A program made the position numbers and the translations under genes. Shown here one piece after another: positions 39,877 through 43,891 of a stretch of DNA of 43,891 nucleotides. Source of the DNA: a virus; IMG/VR virus record IMGVR_UViG_3300037565_000037; one strand, 5' to 3'. Under the pieces are notes generated by a model that was given only the letters and a program-made list of their open reading frames with translations, did no database searches and was not told the DNA's origin. Position 1 is the stretch's first letter, and each line of letters begins with the position of its first letter.

Positions 39877-41013
39877 TCAGAGCCCGACCGATGCAAATGC
39901 ATTGTCGAGAGATTCACGGGCAGAGGATGCAGGCTTTCGGTTCGCCGGGTTTGAGCCGGTACTCGGTGCGCCTGTGATTGAGAGATTGCCTTTCCGGGGT
40001 TGAGCCGGTGCGGCTGGTTGCGCTGCCTGCGGGGCAGCAGGTTGAGCAGGTGCCGGGGCCTGAGGTGCGGGGTTGAGCCGCTCTGCAAGGTCGTAGGCTT
40101 CCTGCAAATTGTTCGCTCTTCCGTTCTGGAGGAAAAGCGCGATGTCTGGTGACAGTTCTTCAAAGCGGCCATGTTCAGGCTGAGACGCAAACGCCTCGAT
40201 TTCCTTCATGGTTGCCTGTTCGGACTGCGATTTGATGCTGGTAGTCACACCGCCAAGCTCTTGCTTGAGAGTGTGGATCTCATTACGCAGATCGCGGATC
40301 GTCTGATCCTGCATGACCTGGCGCTGATCCGGCTCCTGACCGGACATGACAGAAACAAGCTCGTTGAGCGTGCCAACCTTGAGCAAACCAGCCTGATGCA
40401 TGTTGCCAATGACGATGTCGAGGCCCTGCACCGGGTTCTGAAAGATCTGGTTTTCCAGGTTGACGAACGAGTTCAGCGCTTCGCCGGGGTTTCCGCCCTG
40501 ATCGCTCACACGCTGCGCAAAATCCTTGAACGGCTCGTAAGCCTCACGATATTGGTTGATACCGTTCTCAAGCTCACTGATGGCGCGGGTGATTTCAGCC
40601 CTGACAGGCTCTGGCGCGCTCTTCCAGGCTTCCTTGGCGTCGTTTGAGAACCGCTTGGGAGCCTCTGCGAAGCTGGTCAGCTCTTCAATCTTCGCTTCAT
40701 CTGCTTCCGGCTTCTCCGCAACAGTTTCGGCCTTATCCTTAGATGCCTGCTCCGCTTCGGTGCGGGGCGCAAACTTGCCGTCTGGTGTCCGTGGCTGTCC
40801 TTCCTCTTGCTCCTGCTCTAACTGGATCGGATCTGGCTTCGTTTCTACCGGGGTATCGTTTCCGACCTTGTCGACCTCGGCAAAAGCGCGCTCGATTGCA
40901 TCGCGTGCTGTCGGCTCTGAGGCGCGGTCAATCTCAACCGCGGGGGCTTCAGTTTGCACGGCTTCAGGCGCAGCAGCGGGCTCCGCCGCCACGTTCATGG
41001 CTTCGTCTGTCAT
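39877..41013 (-). CDS. Scaffolding protein
   Basis: Acidic, helical, Ala/Pro/Gln-rich; located between portal and capsid genes. Confidence 0.6.
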   Translation of the reverse strand: MTDEAMNVAAEPAAAPEAVQTEAPAVEIDRASEPTARDAIERAFAEVDKVGNDTPVETKPDPIQLEQEQEEGQPRTPDGKFAPRTEAEQASKDKAETVAEKPEADEAKIEELTSFAEAPKRFSNDAKEAWKSAPEPVRAEITRAISELENGINQYREAYEPFKDFAQRVSDQGGNPGEALNSFVNLENQIFQNPVQGLDIVIGNMHQAGLLKVGTLNELVSVMSGQEPDQRQVMQDQTIRDLRNEIHTLKQELGGVTTSIKSQSEQATMKEIEAFASQPEHGRFEELSPDIALFLQNGRANNLQEAYDLAERLNPAPQAPAPAQPAAPQAAQPAAPAQPRKGNLSITGAPSTGSNPANRKPASSARESLDNAFASVGL

Positions 41014-41039
41014 TGTTGAACCTTCTGAGGGTTATGCGT

Positions 41040-41372
41040 TTATGCGCCTAGTCCAGCGCGGGAGAATGCCTTGCCGACAGCCGCCTTGACCTCTTCACGC
41101 TTCGGCTTTGGTCTTTTGAACGGCTTGGGATCTGTCACAGAGCTGTCGTTGCCCACTTCAACCATACCAGCCTGCTTGTAGGTGGCGCGAAGCTTTGCCT
41201 TGCTATCGTACATTTGCCCGTCAAGCTGGCTCTGCACCGGCTCCATCGTGTCGCAGATCAGCATCGGGGCCGATAGGTCGGAGCGGTTCCAGTTGAACGA
41301 CATGCAGTTGTGCGGCCATGCGTCAGGATCGTGCCAGCCTTCACACACACGGCAGAAACGTTGACGGCTCAT
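41040..41372 (-). CDS. Hypothetical protein between portal and scaffold (110 aa)
   Basis: ORF track; ATGA overlap with the portal stop. Confidence 0.55.
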   Translation of the reverse strand: MSRQRFCRVCEGWHDPDAWPHNCMSFNWNRSDLSAPMLICDTMEPVQSQLDGQMYDSKAKLRATYKQAGMVEVGNDSSVTDPKPFKRPKPKREEVKAAVGKAFSRAGLGA

Positions 41373-43486
41373 TCTGCTGCCTCTCTTGGCTCCCGTTCAG
41401 CGGCTTCTGTCTGTGCGCCGATCTGTTCAATTTTCGCAAAGATCTCTTCGATTTTCGCGTTCGTCAGTTCCAAGTCGGCCTGAGCCTGCTGGACAGCGGT
41501 TTGCGTCTTGGCTTGGCTTTCTGCCAGTTTGGCCTGGCTGTCTGTCTGCTTGATCTGAAGCTCAGCCATCTTGATCTGCATTTCTGCGTTCAGCTTCTTG
41601 TCTTCCGGGCTTTCCTGCGGCTCAGCCGCAACCTGTTTCATCTGGTCAACAAAGCTGTCGACAGACTGTTCAAGCGACCGGCCAGCGCGGAATGGGTTGA
41701 GGGCGAACTTCAGAACCTCGCCCGCGAACTCGGCACTCTGCGGTTGCTGCTGAACCATCGGCGCAAGTTGAGAAAGGGTTGTCGCCAATGCCCCCAGGAA
41801 TTCCGTTGCTCTCTGCTTTTGAGCGTCTTCATCCGGCTGAATGGTGCTGTCTGTTTCAATCTCAAGCGTGAACGGTCTTGTTCTTTCACTTGCGATAAAC
41901 TCCAATACCTGCTCGAACGTGACTTGGCTCTGAATCTCCTGCGCCTGCTGCATGAGCTGCTGTTTCTGCTGCTCAACCTGAGCAATTGCTTGCTGTGCAA
42001 TCTCAGGGTTTGCCTGCGCCTCCGCAACCTTCTGAGGATCATTTGCAGCCTGCATCAGAGACATCTGCCCCTGCATCATCTGCTGCTGAATGCCCATGAG
42101 CTGCTCTTGCACTTGGGCCTGTGTTGGCACCTCATCATATTGGCTGTACTGCATGACCGTTCCCGGACGGAAATTCTCAGCCATGATTTCAGCAGCAATG
42201 CGCGTCATGTCGCGGGCGATACGAATTAGCTCCTGCTGGCGATCACGCACACGTATCGAGCCGTACTGGCTCTTGAGCTGCTGTGCGCCTAGCGTCTCGT
42301 TGGCATCGGTCGAGCCTCGCATGATGTCCGAAATACCAGTGATCTGGTACACGTCATCGATAAGCTGCTTGCGAAGCTCCACAAGGCTGGCAATAACCGT
42401 AGCAACCTCTGCCACCGGCAACCAGATAATGGCGTCCTTAAGGCTTGGCCCGCCCATAGCAGCGAAGTTGGTCACAGGGACAAGGATTGCCCTGTTGTCC
42501 TGGTCACGCATAACGCGCTCGATGCTTTCGCCTACATCTTCATCGCCCCCAGCATAGAATCCCTTGAGGCGCAGGCTTTCCGCCAGAGAAGAAATGCGTG
42601 CCGTTAGCTCGTTGATCTCTTCAATCTGGTCTTTGTAGTAGACGAAATCAGGGACAGGACGCAGTGTGCCGCGCTCTACCGTGCCATATGCTGGACGAGG
42701 GCAAGGGAAGAAGCCATGCAGCTGGAGAAATGGCGGCTGGATGTCGAGAACCGTGTCAACGCCAGGAGTAATCCAGACTACGACACCCTTCTCCTTGTGC
42801 CACATCTCATAGACTTTAGCCTTTTTCTCGGCTGTATAGTCCTCACCGTCCTTCTTGCACTCTTCGTAGGTTGCCTCCAGCCATGCTTTGCCGCTGGCCT
42901 CTTCAAAGCGTGCCTGCATCTTCTCACGGTTGAGATAAACACACCGAGCGACCCACGGGACCTCTTTCCATTTGCGGGCAACACCGTGCAGGAAGTCCTT
43001 TCTGTCCAGATGATCATAGCAGACCTTCTGAGAACCCTCCTCGTCGTCCTCAAGGCGCAGCCACGGCACACCACGAGCAGAGATAGCCAGATCATCGCGA
43101 ATGGCCATCATTGTCTCGTTGATATCCTCCTGATCGAAGGACGAGATAAGCGAGCGCTCCAAAACCTCGGAGGCATGACGCAGGATTGGCTTGCGGTCCT
43201 TGAACTTGGCAACAACGACAGGAACAGGCGGGCGGCTATAGATCGCGGGCTTGAGCACTTCCAGGTTGGCCCAGAAGATTTGCATCTGCCGATCAACACT
43301 GGCCTCGGACATTGTCTTCAGGTCAGCGTACAGCTTATCGATGTTGTCGCACTTGTCCTGATACGTCTGGAAGAACTTCTCGCTCTCTTTGATTGCCTCA
43401 AGCCAAGGCTTGGAATTGCGCATATTGGCGTACGGATCGGTGTTCTGATCCTCTCCGCCTGTCGCAATGTCCTTATCGTCTTGCAT
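41369..43486 (-). CDS. Portal protein (705 aa)
   Basis: Size, position directly after terL (its ATG abuts the terL stop), podovirus head-tail-connector-like sequence. Confidence 0.8.
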   Translation of the reverse strand: MQDDKDIATGGEDQNTDPYANMRNSKPWLEAIKESEKFFQTYQDKCDNIDKLYADLKTMSEASVDRQMQIFWANLEVLKPAIYSRPPVPVVVAKFKDRKPILRHASEVLERSLISSFDQEDINETMMAIRDDLAISARGVPWLRLEDDEEGSQKVCYDHLDRKDFLHGVARKWKEVPWVARCVYLNREKMQARFEEASGKAWLEATYEECKKDGEDYTAEKKAKVYEMWHKEKGVVVWITPGVDTVLDIQPPFLQLHGFFPCPRPAYGTVERGTLRPVPDFVYYKDQIEEINELTARISSLAESLRLKGFYAGGDEDVGESIERVMRDQDNRAILVPVTNFAAMGGPSLKDAIIWLPVAEVATVIASLVELRKQLIDDVYQITGISDIMRGSTDANETLGAQQLKSQYGSIRVRDRQQELIRIARDMTRIAAEIMAENFRPGTVMQYSQYDEVPTQAQVQEQLMGIQQQMMQGQMSLMQAANDPQKVAEAQANPEIAQQAIAQVEQQKQQLMQQAQEIQSQVTFEQVLEFIASERTRPFTLEIETDSTIQPDEDAQKQRATEFLGALATTLSQLAPMVQQQPQSAEFAGEVLKFALNPFRAGRSLEQSVDSFVDQMKQVAAEPQESPEDKKLNAEMQIKMAELQIKQTDSQAKLAESQAKTQTAVQQAQADLELTNAKIEEIFAKIEQIGAQTEAAEREPREAAE

Positions 43487-43891
43487 TTAGACTGATATCC
43501 TTGTCTTAAGCTGCGGCTTTGGAGCGCCCGGAAGCATGACCGAGCCGGGTGGAGGCGCGGGCTTTTCGGTCACTTCAACCTTTGGAGCATGCTTCCAGGC
43601 CATCGCGAGATAGCGGAAAGCGTCTGCAAGGTGAGACGTCCAGTCATGCACCTCAGTCGCCTTGAAACACTTCTTGTCGTCGTCCCACTCACGCCGGTAT
43701 TGTTCCAGCGCCGAGATACCGACGTCTTCACACTTTGGATCGAACACACACAGCGGGAGGAGCTTTCGAACAGCGTTCACACCATCAAGCTTTGTGGCCA
43801 TTGATATAAGTTGCGGGTTCAGACCATGCTGCCGCATTGTTTCGACGCGGGTCTTTCCAGTTCCCCACTCTTTCACCTTTGCGTCGTGAGG
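43487..43891 (-). CDS. terL: Terminase large subunit, C-terminal part (continues from 1..1072 across the junction)
   Basis: ORF 43487..43876 begins at an internal GTG; the frame is open to the window end and identical to the frame at 1..127. Confidence 0.9.
   Translation of the reverse strand, partial: PHDAKVKEWGTGKTRVETMRQHGLNPQLISMATKLDGVNAVRKLLPLCVFDPKCEDVGISALEQYRREWDDDKKCFKATEVHDWTSHLADAFRYLAMAWKHAPKVEVTEKPAPPPGSVMLPGAPKPQLKTRISV
43765..43891. repeat. Terminal overlap, identical to 1..127
   Basis: Same 127-nt string as window start. Confidence 0.97.

Larger units (their letters stand above)
1..43891. mobile_element. Complete temperate phage genome, circularly closed contig (unit length 43764 bp)
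   Basis: Terminase, portal, capsid, tail, lysis, immunity, replication, integrase/attP modules all present; window ends overlap by 127 identical bp. Confidence 0.9.

Noticed and set aside
39930-40080. Repetitive GC-rich stretch near the 3' end of the scaffold gene
   Set aside because: It encodes the Ala/Pro/Gln low-complexity tail (APQAPAPAQPAAPQAAQPAAPAQP). No structure was seen beyond codon-level repetition.

Overview
The window is a complete, circularly closed temperate phage genome. The first 127 bp are identical to the last 127 bp, and the large-terminase ORF reads through that junction, giving a unit length of 43764 bp. A long minus-strand late operon runs from about 2.1 kb through the junction down to 25.5 kb: small and large terminase, portal, scaffold, major capsid, podovirus-like tail and ejection proteins, tail fiber and spike, endolysin, holin, spanins. 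An immunity region at 10.9-11.7 kb has two mirrored promoter/operator modules flanking an XRE-type repressor. The leftward early operon carries a replication initiator with internal 11-bp iterons, a secreted vWA-like protein, RusA, SSB and a putative late activator. The rightward early operon carries a Rad52-type annealing protein, NinB-like and HNH-like genes, Xis and a tyrosine integrase. It ends at an attP that contains the 3' end of a tRNA. An attP-proximal accessory block (19.6-25.5 kb) holds a serine recombinase with a res-like site, a DUF551 gene, small ORFs and a three-gene operon ending in an HTH-metallophosphoesterase. The most unusual feature is a minus-strand RNA-gene array at 2.1-2.9 kb. 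It has four tRNA-like genes with imperfect stems, followed by a circularly permuted tRNA-like module fused to a highly structured ~240-nt RNA and an intrinsic terminator. The module runs T arm, then capped acceptor hairpin, then D arm. Other points worth a second look are an MptE/Maf-like gene and a GNAT gene embedded in the virion operon, a C-terminally anchored GH108 endolysin, and an SSB whose acidic tip is not C-terminal. Protein-family flavour (DUF1194, GH108+PG_binding_3, tail-fiber N-terminus) suggests an alphaproteobacterial host, which is inference only. All family assignments are from motif recall, not database searches.
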